A stretch of DNA of 64,000 nucleotides from Verrucomicrobiota bacterium. Lineage in GTDB: Bacteria; Verrucomicrobiota; Verrucomicrobiia; CAIQCK01. Both the position numbers and the translations under genes were made by a program. Each line of letters starts with the position of its first letter. Position 1 is the first letter of the stretch. Positions 27,849 to 36,963 of this stretch are shown here, piece by piece. The stretch covers positions 419,300 to 483,299 of the forward strand of contig JACRQF010000014.1 in the NCBI GenBank assembly GCA_016222825.1, given 5' to 3'. The notes beneath the pieces are model-generated. The model saw only the letters and a program-made list of their open reading frames with translations, was not told where the DNA came from and ran no database searches.

Positions 27849-28309
27849 GCACGCCCAACAACTATCTCCACTGCCCGCTCTGTGGGTTTGAGTTTGTGCG
27901 GCGGGAAGCGGCCTGCGAGCGCGGCTGCCCGCTGGGCAAATACTGCAAGCTGGTCTGCTGCCCGAACTGCCACTACGAGTTCCCGCCGGAACTGCGCGTG
28001 GTTTCCTGGTGGCGGCGGCTGTTCGCGCCAACGGCCTGCCCGAAGCCTCCGCGGGACTTGTTCTCGCTGTCGGAGTTGAACGAAGGCGACCACGCCGAAT
28101 TGGTGCGGCTGACGAGCGAGAAGGTTTCCCGGCGCAACACACTGGCGATCTACGGCCTGGTGCCGGGCAGCCGGCTGGTGTTGCAGCAGAAGCGTCCGTC
28201 CTTTGTCATCCGCGTCGGCGAAACCGAGCTGGCCCTCGAAGCCGACATCGCCCGCGAACTGGTCGTCAAACGCGTCACGGCTGAAGGCGCACTGGGCGCA
28301 ACGTCCTGA
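27833..28309 (+). CDS. feoA: FeoA-domain protein with an N-terminal 8-Cys zinc-ribbon-like extension
   Basis: C-terminal SH3-like FeoA domain (GDHAELVRLT...LAIYGLVPGSRLVLQQKRPSFVIRVGETELALEADIA). N-terminal CPLCG..CERGC..CKLVCCPNC. Starts at an ATG that overlaps the feoB stop by 16 nt. Confidence 0.65.
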   Translation: MDRTVSTPNNYLHCPLCGFEFVRREAACERGCPLGKYCKLVCCPNCHYEFPPELRVVSWWRRLFAPTACPKPPRDLFSLSELNEGDHAELVRLTSEKVSRRNTLAIYGLVPGSRLVLQQKRPSFVIRVGETELALEADIARELVVKRVTAEGALGATS

Positions 28310-28377
28310 TCTCCCGCCCCTTCCTGGTTCGGCCGTCGAAGACCCGCGTGCGTCCCGGTGGAGGCCGAAGCAAAAAA

Positions 28378-28407
28378 TTGACAAGAAGCCAGCAGGATAG
28401 CAGGATA
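28378..28407. promoter_or_regulatory. TTGACA hexamer followed by a tandem direct repeat GCAGGATA GCAGGATA, ~210 nt upstream of hpnH
   Basis: Seen directly in the feoA-hpnH intergenic region. Function unknown. Confidence 0.2.
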
Positions 28408-28612
28408 CGCGGGTTTAGCCGTGGCGGGTGAACGTCCTTTGGGCGCTGCGCTGGCCCGGTGAAGGATTTGTTCATGGAAATGGCTGTTATAAAGCAGAGG
28501 TTTTGCATCGTGGCGCGCGGGCAGGGCGTGTGCCGCGGCGAAACCGGTGTGCGCGGGTCGGCCGAGACTACCCGCGGGGGCCGTCCGTTTTAACCTCTAA
28601 CAAGGACTATTC

Positions 28613-29767
28613 GTGTCTGTTCCAGTCTCGCAAGCGTTTACCATTTGCAGCTACGTCATCCGGCAACGGTTGAAGGGCAACGAGTATTACCCCCTCGTGT
28701 TGATGCTGGAGCCGCTGTTCCGCTGCAACCTCGAATGCGCCGGCTGCGGCAAGATCCAGTATCCGGAGCACGTCCTGCAGCGGCGTCTGACGCCGGAACA
28801 GTGTTTCCGGGCGGCCGATGAGTGCGGCGCGCCGGTCATCAGCCTGCCGGGCGGCGAACCTCTGATCCACCCGGAGATGAAGGAGATCGTCGAGGGTCTC
28901 GTCGCCCGCAAGAAATACGTTTATCTCTGCACCAACGCCCTCTTGCTGAAGCGGAAGATGGATTTGTTCACGCCGTCGAAGTATCTGACGTTCAGCGTCC
29001 ACCTCGACGGGCTGGAGGAGGATCACGACCACTCCGTCTGCCGGGAGGGCACGTTCAAGACTGCCGTGGAGGCCATTCAGGAGGCGCTCAAGCGCGGCTT
29101 CCGGGTGACGACCAACATGACGCTGTTTGAAGGCACCAACCCAGATCGCGTCAGGGAGTTCTTCGATTACCTCACCAAGCTTGGCGTCGAGGGCCTGATG
29201 CTCTCGCCGGGTTACAGCTACACCCACGCGCCGGACCAAAAGCACTTCCTGCACCGCAACCGCACACACGACCTGTTCAACAGGATTCTCGCCAACCCAA
29301 AGAAGGCGTGGCAGTTCAACCAGTCGCCGTTGTTCCTGGAGTTCCTGATGGGCCACCGCGACTACAACTGCACCCCGTGGGGCACGCCGACTTACAACAT
29401 CTTCGGCTGGCAAAAGCCGTGTTATCTGCTCCAGGACGGCTACGCGCGCACTTTCAAACAGATGATAGCCGAGACGGATTGGGCGCGCTACGGCCATCAT
29501 ACCAACAACCCCTTGTGCCGCGACTGCATGGTCCACAGCGGTTACGAGCCGACTGCGGTGAACGACACCTTCAGTAGTTGGGACGGGTTCCTCCGCACCG
29601 TGAAGCTGACGCTTTTCGGCGGGCTGGGCGAAGGTTATCGCAACGGCCGGCAAGCCGAAATCGCCGCCCAGCTCGCCGCCAGCGGCCACGGCCAGAAGAA
29701 ACCGCCCGCTTGCGGCTGCGGCTGCTCCTCCAACAAGCCGCAAGAATCCGCCGGCGGCAAGAAGTGA
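28613..29767 (+). CDS. hpnH: Hopanoid biosynthesis-associated radical SAM protein HpnH (adenosylhopane synthase)
   Basis: Radical-SAM CNLECAGCGKI (CxxxCxxC) close to the N-terminus. Overall collinearity with HpnH including the C-terminal DUF3463-like region. GTG start with an AAGGA RBS. Confidence 0.75.
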   Translation: MSVPVSQAFTICSYVIRQRLKGNEYYPLVLMLEPLFRCNLECAGCGKIQYPEHVLQRRLTPEQCFRAADECGAPVISLPGGEPLIHPEMKEIVEGLVARKKYVYLCTNALLLKRKMDLFTPSKYLTFSVHLDGLEEDHDHSVCREGTFKTAVEAIQEALKRGFRVTTNMTLFEGTNPDRVREFFDYLTKLGVEGLMLSPGYSYTHAPDQKHFLHRNRTHDLFNRILANPKKAWQFNQSPLFLEFLMGHRDYNCTPWGTPTYNIFGWQKPCYLLQDGYARTFKQMIAETDWARYGHHTNNPLCRDCMVHSGYEPTAVNDTFSSWDGFLRTVKLTLFGGLGEGYRNGRQAEIAAQLAASGHGQKKPPACGCGCSSNKPQESAGGKK

Positions 29768-29787
29768 CCGGCATATCAGGAGCGCGC

Positions 29788-30093
29788 ATGACTGAAACCG
29801 AATTGGCCGCCGTCATCGAGAAAGCCTTCGACTATCGCGGCGACGTGACCGTGGACCTCAAGGACGGCCGGCAGGTGGTCGGCTACTTGAGCAACCGCAA
29901 CCTCCAAGGCGCGGAGCATTGCCGCGAGCCGTTCATCGAGATGATGGTCGCCGGCCAGCCGGAACTCACCTGCATCGCCTGCCGCGACATCGCCAACATT
30001 CGCCTCACGGGCGAGGATCCGGCCGCCGGCAAATCGTGGGAGGAGTGGGTTGCCAAGGAAGCCGCGAAGAAAAAAGCTCAGGCCAAAGCTTGA
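29788..30093 (+). CDS. Hypothetical 101-aa protein between hpnH and hpnG (two CxxC-like pairs, Lys/Ala-rich tail)
   Basis: Within track ORF 29578..30093. Start chosen at ATG 29788 (MTETELAAVIEKAF), 21 nt after the hpnH stop. No family recognised. Confidence 0.4.
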   Translation: MTETELAAVIEKAFDYRGDVTVDLKDGRQVVGYLSNRNLQGAEHCREPFIEMMVAGQPELTCIACRDIANIRLTGEDPAAGKSWEEWVAKEAAKKKAQAKA

Positions 30094-30155
30094 ATTTGTT
30101 CCAACGCCGGCTCACAATCGCCGCAGATGTCTAACACGGGCCGATCGCTGAGAAG

Positions 30156-30953
30156 GTGCCCAACGCTCCAATGCAAGAGCAATTGCCTATCGCCATTCAA
30201 GTCGCAGTGCATGAGGAGATCAGCCCCATCCTCAAGCGCGTGGCTGTGGATGAGGTCTTCCATGAGGTCACGTGGGAACAGCGCCGCAGTCTCAAGCACG
30301 CCCATCATGACCACCTCCGGTTCTACATCGGTGCCCTGAATGGCGTGCGGGTCGTGGTTTTTCGCACCGGCGTCGGCCGGCTCCGCGCCACCGAGATCAT
30401 TCGCGTCTTCTTCGAGCACTTCGAGCCGAAGCTCCTGATCTCCGCCGGCTTCGGCGGTGCGCTCAGCCCCGACTTGGACATCGGCGACATCGTGTTGGTG
30501 AACGACATCCTCGAATTGCAGACCGGCCGCTGCGACTGGCAGGGCTTCATGCCGTCGCTCAACGGCCAGTTCAAGTTCCAGAAGGGCCGGCTGGTTACCG
30601 CCGACCAGATGGTGATCTCCGGTCGCGAGAAGACCGGCCTTGGCGAAACCCACAACGCCATCGTCGTGGACATGGAAACCAGCGCCGTGGCCGCCAAGTG
30701 CAAGAAACACAACGTGCCCATCGTCGGCGTGCGCGCCATCTCCGACCGCGCCAACGAAGACCTCCCGCCGGAAATCAACACCTTCTTCGACAACGGCGAA
30801 GTTCGTCCCGGCAAGATCGCCAAAGCCATCTTCTCGCATCCGCCCACGTTCGTCGGCCTCTTCAAACTCGCCAAGCACGCCTGGAAAGCCGGCGACGACC
30901 TTGCCGACTTCCTCGAGAGGTTCGTCGTTGCCGCAGCCGCCGACCTGAAATAG
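30156..30953 (+). CDS. hpnG: PNP/MTAN-family nucleosidase, probable hopanoid-associated phosphorylase HpnG
   Basis: PNP_UDP_1-fold motifs (ISAGFGGAL, VDMETSAVA). Sits directly after hpnH. Confidence 0.6.
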   Translation: MPNAPMQEQLPIAIQVAVHEEISPILKRVAVDEVFHEVTWEQRRSLKHAHHDHLRFYIGALNGVRVVVFRTGVGRLRATEIIRVFFEHFEPKLLISAGFGGALSPDLDIGDIVLVNDILELQTGRCDWQGFMPSLNGQFKFQKGRLVTADQMVISGREKTGLGETHNAIVVDMETSAVAAKCKKHNVPIVGVRAISDRANEDLPPEINTFFDNGEVRPGKIAKAIFSHPPTFVGLFKLAKHAWKAGDDLADFLERFVVAAAADLK

Positions 30954-31098
30954 GGATTTGGTGTCGGGGCGGCGCGCGCCGTTCCTCCCCCGTGTCACTG
31001 CCCCAGTCCCCGTAGCCGCCGGCAGTCACATCCCGTTTCCGATGTCGTCTTTCAGGGCAAGAGAACGCTTGACGCCCGCGGTCCGATTGGGGATGCTG

Positions 31099-31110
31099 CT
31101 GGAATTCCAG
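31099..31110. promoter_or_regulatory. Perfect 12-bp palindrome CTGGAATTCCAG, 38 nt upstream of the GntR/FCD regulator start. Candidate operator. A TTGACG...GATGCT sigma70-like pair lies at 31069..31097
   Basis: Read directly from the sequence. GntR/FadR-family operators are typically short palindromes near or overlapping the promoter of their own operon. Confidence 0.3.
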
Positions 31111-31147
31111 AGGAATGCTTGATGGCGACCAACACGGAACGTGCCTT

Positions 31148-31939
31148 ATGACCACAACCAAGAACGGACATATCCAGAAGGCCATTGATCACATTCGCGA
31201 ACGCATCTTGTGCGGCGACCTCCAGCCGGGGTTCGTCCTTTCCGAATCTGCGCTGGCCAGGAGCCTCGGTGTCAGCCGCACGCCCGTCGGCGAGGCGCTG
31301 CGGGAACTGGCCGCTGTCGGGTTGGTGGAGCAGATGCCGCGCTACGGCACCATCGTCCGCCGCGTGGGCCGGGCAGAAATCATCGAGCTTTACGAACTGC
31401 GCGAGGCGCTGGAGCCGCACGCGGTGGCGCTGGCCGTCGGCCGGATTGCATTGGCCGACGTGGCGCGGCTGGGGAAACTGTGCGAGCGGATTGCGGAATT
31501 CGAGGCGGAGATGACACGTGCAAAGTGCGAGCGGCTGGAGGGGCAGGCGCTGCGCAATTTTCTGGCGACGGATATGGCGTTTCACACGGTCCTGATCCAC
31601 GCCGCCGGCAATCGCCGCATCGCGCGCATCGTCCGCGACTCCCACGTGATGACACAGCTCTTCGGGACCCAACGGCTTATTCACGACAGACAAATCGTCG
31701 CCGAGGTCTGCCGGTTCCATGAGCAAATCCTCGCCGCGATCCGGCGCGGCGACGCGAAGGTGGCGCGGGACGCCGCGGCGGAGCACATCCGCGCCAGTCT
31801 TGCGCACACGTTGGAGAACCTCGACCGGCAGAGGCCCAGCGGCGACCTGAACGCGCTGGCGCTGCCGGAAGACGTGCGCGCGGAACTGCGCCGCATCGAG
31901 TCGGCGCTGGACCGTCCGAAACGAAAGAAGCGATCATGA
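31148..31939 (+). CDS. GntR-family transcriptional regulator with FCD (FadR C-terminal) domain
   Basis: N-terminal wHTH (LSESALARSLGVSRTPVGEALRELAAVGLV) and helical FCD C-terminus. ATG 31148. The stop overlaps the next gene (ATGA). Confidence 0.8.
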   Translation: MTTTKNGHIQKAIDHIRERILCGDLQPGFVLSESALARSLGVSRTPVGEALRELAAVGLVEQMPRYGTIVRRVGRAEIIELYELREALEPHAVALAVGRIALADVARLGKLCERIAEFEAEMTRAKCERLEGQALRNFLATDMAFHTVLIHAAGNRRIARIVRDSHVMTQLFGTQRLIHDRQIVAEVCRFHEQILAAIRRGDAKVARDAAAEHIRASLAHTLENLDRQRPSGDLNALALPEDVRAELRRIESALDRPKRKKRS

Positions 31940-33528
31940 CAACACATAACATTCGATTGCTGCTGGCGGCATGGGCCGTCGGCTCGGCGCTGGCCTGCGC
32001 GGCTCAACAGCCACCCGACAGGGTTCCCGGCGTCGTCATAGATCACATCCCGGCCTCGACCGGCATTTACATCGGCTCGCCGAGCATCGCCGTTCTGCCC
32101 AACGGCGATTACGTCGCCTCGCATGATCATTTCGGGCCGAAGTCCACTGAGCACAAGAGCGCGCTCACCGCTGTCTTCCGTTCCGCCGATCGCGGCAAGA
32201 CTTGGAAGAAGGTGTCCGAGGTTGACGGCGCGTTTTGGAACAGCCTCTTCGTCCACCGCGACGCGCTTTATCTGCTCGGCCCCGACCGTCATCACGGAAA
32301 TATCCTCATCCGCCGCTCCACTGACGGTGGTAAAACATGGACCTCGCCCACCAGCAGCACAACCGGCATGCTGCGCGACACTGGTGAGTATCATTGCGCG
32401 CCCATGCCCGTCATCGAGCACGCGGGCCGGCTCTGGCGGGCGTTCGAGTGGCGACATCCGCCCATCGCCTGGGGCATCAACTACCGCGCCACCATGTTGT
32501 CGGCACCGGTGGATGCTGACCTGATCAACGCGGCCAGTTGGACGCTGGCCGAGCCGTTGCCGAGCGACCGGTTGTGGAATGGCGGCGACATGGGCGCTTG
32601 GCTCGAGGGCAACGCCGTGGTCACGCCTGCCGGCGAACTCGTGGACATCCTGCGCGTCCAGACCCGGTCGCCGGACGAGAAGGCCGCCATCGTCCGCGTT
32701 AGCGCCGATGGCAAGAAGATGTCGTTCGACCCCGCAACCGGCTTCGTGAACTTTCCCGGCGGCGCGAAAAAATTCACCATCCGTTTCGACCCTCAGAGCA
32801 AACTCTACTGGTCGCTGGCCAGCATCGTTCACGAGCGCCATCGCGCCAACAACCCCGGCGGCATCCGCAACACGCTCGCGCTGACCTGCTCACCGGACCT
32901 GACGAACTGGACCATCCGTTGCATCCTGCTCTACCACCCGGAGGTCAAGAAGCACGGCTTCCAATACGTGGACTGGCTTTTCGACGGCGACGACATCATC
33001 GCCGCCTGCCGCACCGCCTACGACGACGGCCTCGGCGGCGCCCACAACAACCACGACGCCAACTTCCTGACCTTCCATCGCATCGCCAATTTCCGCCGGC
33101 TCATAATGAGCGACTCGGTCCCGTTGATTTCCTCCGCTGCCAGCCGCCACGAGACAGCCGACTTCACCATCGCCGGCACAGGTTTCGAGATCGCCAAGCT
33201 CAATGAAGGCGGCGTCGCTTTCTCCAACCGCAACTACATTTGGCAAAACCTGCCGAAGGATTTCCTCAGCGGTCGCTACACGCGCACGGCTGGCGGGGAG
33301 TCTGCCATGATTGTCGTTCGGGCCAAGCGCGACATCACGCTGCACGTCGCCACGACGCCGGCACAGGAAAAGACACTTGGTGACTGGCAAAAGACGGACG
33401 CGTTCTTCAACTACACCGACAAAGGCAAAACGAAGATGGCGGTCTTCACTCGCGCGCTGAAGAGCAACCAGGAAGTCATCGTGCCACAGTCGGGCTGGAC
33501 CGGGACGTTGGTGCTGCTGCGACCATGA
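31936..33528 (+). CDS. Secreted BNR-repeat (sialidase-like, GH33-type propeller) protein with a C-terminal ~130-aa module shared with the N-terminus of the 39949 protein
   Basis: BNR repeats SADRGKTW and STDGGKTW. The C-terminal module spans ~33124..33528 and contains FSNRNYIWQNLPKDF. Confidence 0.55.
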   Translation: MTTHNIRLLLAAWAVGSALACAAQQPPDRVPGVVIDHIPASTGIYIGSPSIAVLPNGDYVASHDHFGPKSTEHKSALTAVFRSADRGKTWKKVSEVDGAFWNSLFVHRDALYLLGPDRHHGNILIRRSTDGGKTWTSPTSSTTGMLRDTGEYHCAPMPVIEHAGRLWRAFEWRHPPIAWGINYRATMLSAPVDADLINAASWTLAEPLPSDRLWNGGDMGAWLEGNAVVTPAGELVDILRVQTRSPDEKAAIVRVSADGKKMSFDPATGFVNFPGGAKKFTIRFDPQSKLYWSLASIVHERHRANNPGGIRNTLALTCSPDLTNWTIRCILLYHPEVKKHGFQYVDWLFDGDDIIAACRTAYDDGLGGAHNNHDANFLTFHRIANFRRLIMSDSVPLISSAASRHETADFTIAGTGFEIAKLNEGGVAFSNRNYIWQNLPKDFLSGRYTRTAGGESAMIVVRAKRDITLHVATTPAQEKTLGDWQKTDAFFNYTDKGKTKMAVFTRALKSNQEVIVPQSGWTGTLVLLRP

Positions 33529-34793
33529 AACCTGCAACCCTCGCCGCTGCGCTCATCCTCACGACGACCCAGATGAACTCCCAGACGCCCACCGAGCTTC
33601 AAGTCACCCGCGGCCCCGGCGGGCGTGTCCTGACCAACACCGCCGTCTGGTCGCCCGACGGCCAATGGATCGTCTATGACACGCGCAGCGACGCCGCGGG
33701 CGAGAAGTTCGACGGCAGCCGCATCGAGATGGTGAACGTCCGCTCCGGCGAGGTGCGCGTGCTCTATGAGTCGCGCAACGGTGCCCACTGCGGCGTCGTC
33801 ACTTTTCATCCGAAGCAGCCACGCGTCGTGTTCATCCTTGGCCCCGAGAACCCGACGCCGGACTGGCAATACAACGCCTATCACCGCCAAGGCGTCATCG
33901 TGGACACTGCGAAGCCCGGCGTGGCGATCAACCTCGACGCGCGCGACATCGTGCCGCCGTTCACGCCCGGAGCGTTGCGCGGCGGCTCGCACGTCCACGT
34001 TTGGAACCCGGCGGGCGAGCAGGTCAGCTTTACCTACGAAGACCACGTGCTGGCACAAAGCGGCCTCAACCAGCGCAACATCGCCGTGAGCGTGCCGGGC
34101 CGGCCCGTCGTTGTGCCGAAGACTCATCCGCGCAACCACGACGGCAGCCACTTCACCGTGCTCGTTACCCGCACGACCGCGAATCCCAAACCCGGCTCCG
34201 ACGAGATCAAGAAGGCGTTCGAGGAAGGATGGGTTGGCCAGCGTGCGCTGGCGTTTCAGGGCCACGTCGTCACGGAGAAAGGTGAAACCGTCTCCGAGGT
34301 TTTTATCGCCGACCTGCCCGACGATCTGACGCAACCCGGCTGTGAAGCCCGCATCGCGCAACGCCGCTTGACGTTTACCTCCAGCCGCAAGTTCCCTGGC
34401 ATTCAAGGCCCGCGCCACTGGCTGCGAAGTTCGCCGGACGGCACCCGTATCGCGTTTCTCATGAAAGACGACGCGGGCGTGGCACAACTCTGGACCGTCT
34501 CGCCCACCGGCGGCCCGGCGATGCAACTCACGCACAACCCTTGGCCAGTTGCGTCGGCGTTCACATGGAGTCCCGACGACAAGCACATCGCTCACGTGAT
34601 GGACAACAGCGTCTGCGTCGCCGACGCGGCCACCGGTGTGACGACGCGCCTGACGCCGCGCAGCGATGACGCGGGCGCACCGCGACCGGAAGCATGCGTT
34701 TTCTCGCCGGATGGAACGAAGATCGCTTTCGTGCGCCGTCTGCCGTCGCCCGATGCGCCAGCGAACCAAATATGTGTGGTGAACCTGAAATGA
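33525..34793 (+). CDS. Secreted TolB-like/WD40-like beta-propeller protein (DUF3748-like)
   Basis: Repeated WSPDG and FSPDG propeller motifs. Translationally coupled on both sides (ATGA overlaps). Confidence 0.45.
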   Translation: MKPATLAAALILTTTQMNSQTPTELQVTRGPGGRVLTNTAVWSPDGQWIVYDTRSDAAGEKFDGSRIEMVNVRSGEVRVLYESRNGAHCGVVTFHPKQPRVVFILGPENPTPDWQYNAYHRQGVIVDTAKPGVAINLDARDIVPPFTPGALRGGSHVHVWNPAGEQVSFTYEDHVLAQSGLNQRNIAVSVPGRPVVVPKTHPRNHDGSHFTVLVTRTTANPKPGSDEIKKAFEEGWVGQRALAFQGHVVTEKGETVSEVFIADLPDDLTQPGCEARIAQRRLTFTSSRKFPGIQGPRHWLRSSPDGTRIAFLMKDDAGVAQLWTVSPTGGPAMQLTHNPWPVASAFTWSPDDKHIAHVMDNSVCVADAATGVTTRLTPRSDDAGAPRPEACVFSPDGTKIAFVRRLPSPDAPANQICVVNLK

Positions 34794-36024
34794 AACCGTC
34801 CCTCAGAGCTCTCGCCGCATCATTCATAGCACTCACAGCCACATCCGCCTTTGCGCAGGCAATCCGCCCGCTCGCGCAAGAACACGTCGTGGTTTATGAG
34901 TCGCCTGACCCGGCGGGCATCTACTGTTACACGCCCGGCATCGCGCGGCTCGACAGTGGGCGGCTGGTTGCCACGATGGATCGGGGCGGGCGCGGGTTGA
35001 AGAAAGGCGAGTCGAACGGCAAGATCTTCACTTCGGACGATCGCGGCAAGACGTGGACGCACCGGGCAGGTTGATCCGCTCCGACGACGGCGGTGTCACG
35101 TGGTCTGCGCCCGCCAAGCTCACCGAGAGCCAAAGCTGGCACCAGTCGGCCTGCAATGTTCACTACGCCAACGGTTGCGTCTATCTCGTCATGGAGCGGC
35201 GGGTGACCGGCGACATCAAGACTTGGGGCGTCGGCGAAATGGCGCCGGTATTGATGCGCGGCAAGGTCGGCGCGGACCTGACCCGGCGCGAGAACTGGAC
35301 GTTCGCATCCGAGCTTTCGTTCCGGAACACGATCCCAAACATCGAGAAGGACCCGGCGATTGATTTCTTCGGCGTGCCGTTCTTTTCCTCGGCGTATCCG
35401 AAGGGCTCGCTGCCCGCGCCGCGCCGCAACAACGCGCCCATCGGCTGGCTGGAGACCAACGTCGTGCAGTTCAAGGACCCCGACCACATCTGGTTCGACC
35501 CGAAAGGCCGGACGTTCCATCTCTGGGCGCGCGCCCACACCGGTGGCACGGGCTACGCCGCCGTCGCGAAGGTTGTCGAGCGCGACGACGACGGCTCCAT
35601 GACGACGACGCTGGAGACCGTGCCTTCCGGCAAGAAAGTGCTGTTCGTGCCGTGCCCTGGAGGCCAGATGCGATTCCATATCCTCTACGATGAAGCGACG
35701 AAGCTGTTCTGGCTGCTGAGTTCGCAGGCCACCGACTCGATGACACGCGCGGATTGCCTCGACCCGGAACGCTTCAACCTGCCCAACAACGAGCGCCACC
35801 GGCTGCAACTGCATTTCTCGCGGAACATGGTGGACTGGTGCTTCGCCGGCATTGTTGCGATCGGTGCGTCGCCGAAGCAGTCGCGTCACTACGCCAGCAT
35901 GGCCGTGGACGGCGGCGATCTCGTCGTCCTCTCGCGCAGCGGCGACGCGCACGCCAAGTCTGCCCACGACGGCAACCTGATTACGTTCCATCGCGTGAAG
36001 AACTTCCGAACACTCGTTTACTGA
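34790..36024 (+). pseudogene. BNR-repeat sialidase-like gene split by a frameshift and ~25-aa internal deletion near 35050..35075
   Basis: Frame A runs 34790..35074 (signal peptide ... FTSDDRGKTWTHRAG*). Frame B resumes at RLIRSDDGGVTWSAP... and runs to 36024. The intact paralog at 31936 has ~26 extra residues between the corresponding two BNR repeats. Confidence 0.5.
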
Positions 36025-36030
36025 CAAACT

Positions 36031-36963
36031 ATGAAATCCTCGCCATTCACCAAACCTCTCCGTGGCATCGTCCCTCCCATGATCACGCCTTTGAGCGGGC
36101 GTGATGACCTCGACGTAGCCGGCCTCGAACGCCTCATCGAACACATCATCGTCGGCGGCGTTAGCGGCTTGTTTATCCTCGGCACGACAGGCGAAGGGCC
36201 GAGCCTCAGTTACCGGCTCCGCAAGGAGTTTATCGAGCACACCTGCCGGCAGGTGAAGGGCCGCGTGCCCGTGCTCGTGGGCATCACGGACACGGCGTTC
36301 ATCGAGTCGGTGAACGTCGCCCGCTGGAGCGCCGACGCGGGCGCGGACGCGGTGGTGCTCGCGCCGCCCTATTACCTGCCGGAAGGCCAGCCGGAGTTGC
36401 AGGAATACCTCGACCATCTCGTGCCGGAGTTGCCGCTGCCGCTGTTCCTCTACAACATGCCGGCGCTGACAAAAGTGCAATTCGAGTTGGAGACCGTCCG
36501 CCGCGCGATGGACAATCCGCGCATTGTCGGCCTCAAGGACAGTTCGGGGAACATGATCTACTTCCACCGCGCCGTCGGTTTGCTGAAACATCGGCCTGAC
36601 TGGACGCTGCTCATCGGCCCCGAGGAGATGCTCGCCGACGCCGTCTTCGCGGGCGGCCACGGCGGCGTCAACGGCGGGGCGAACTTCTATCCACGTCTCT
36701 ACGTGGAGTTGTTTCGCGCCGCGCAGGCCGGCGACAACGCCCGCGTCCGCGAACTACATGCGCAGGTGATGCGCATCAGTGACAACCTCTACTGCATTGG
36801 CCGCCATCCCTCCGCGATCATCAAGGGCATCAAGTGCGCCCTCTCGCTGCTTGGCGTCTGCGATGATTTCATGGCCGAGCCGTTCCATCGCTTCCGCGAG
36901 CCGGAGCGGTCGCGGGTGAGAGAGATTCTCTGCGAACTCCAACTTCTCCTGAAGAACCCATGA
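36031..36963 (+). CDS. DHDPS/N-acetylneuraminate lyase family class I aldolase
   Basis: GTTGEGPSLS motif. Schiff-base lysine context IVGLKDSSGN. Confidence 0.7.
   Translation: MKSSPFTKPLRGIVPPMITPLSGRDDLDVAGLERLIEHIIVGGVSGLFILGTTGEGPSLSYRLRKEFIEHTCRQVKGRVPVLVGITDTAFIESVNVARWSADAGADAVVLAPPYYLPEGQPELQEYLDHLVPELPLPLFLYNMPALTKVQFELETVRRAMDNPRIVGLKDSSGNMIYFHRAVGLLKHRPDWTLLIGPEEMLADAVFAGGHGGVNGGANFYPRLYVELFRAAQAGDNARVRELHAQVMRISDNLYCIGRHPSAIIKGIKCALSLLGVCDDFMAEPFHRFREPERSRVREILCELQLLLKNP

Noticed and set aside
24268-28142. ORFs 24268..25584 (+) opposite dctA and 25710..28142 (-, 810 aa) opposite feoB
   Set aside because: Highly charged, low-complexity (RRR, DDD, HRQ-rich) translations. The dctA and feoB frames are strongly conserved membrane proteins.
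28607-36660. Antisense ORFs 28607..29743 (-), 30078..30998 (-), 31681..32841 (-), 33411..34769 (-) and 34927..36660 (-)
   Set aside because: All lie opposite well-supported + strand genes (hpnH, hpnG, BNR, TolB-like, DHDPS) and have no recognisable motifs.
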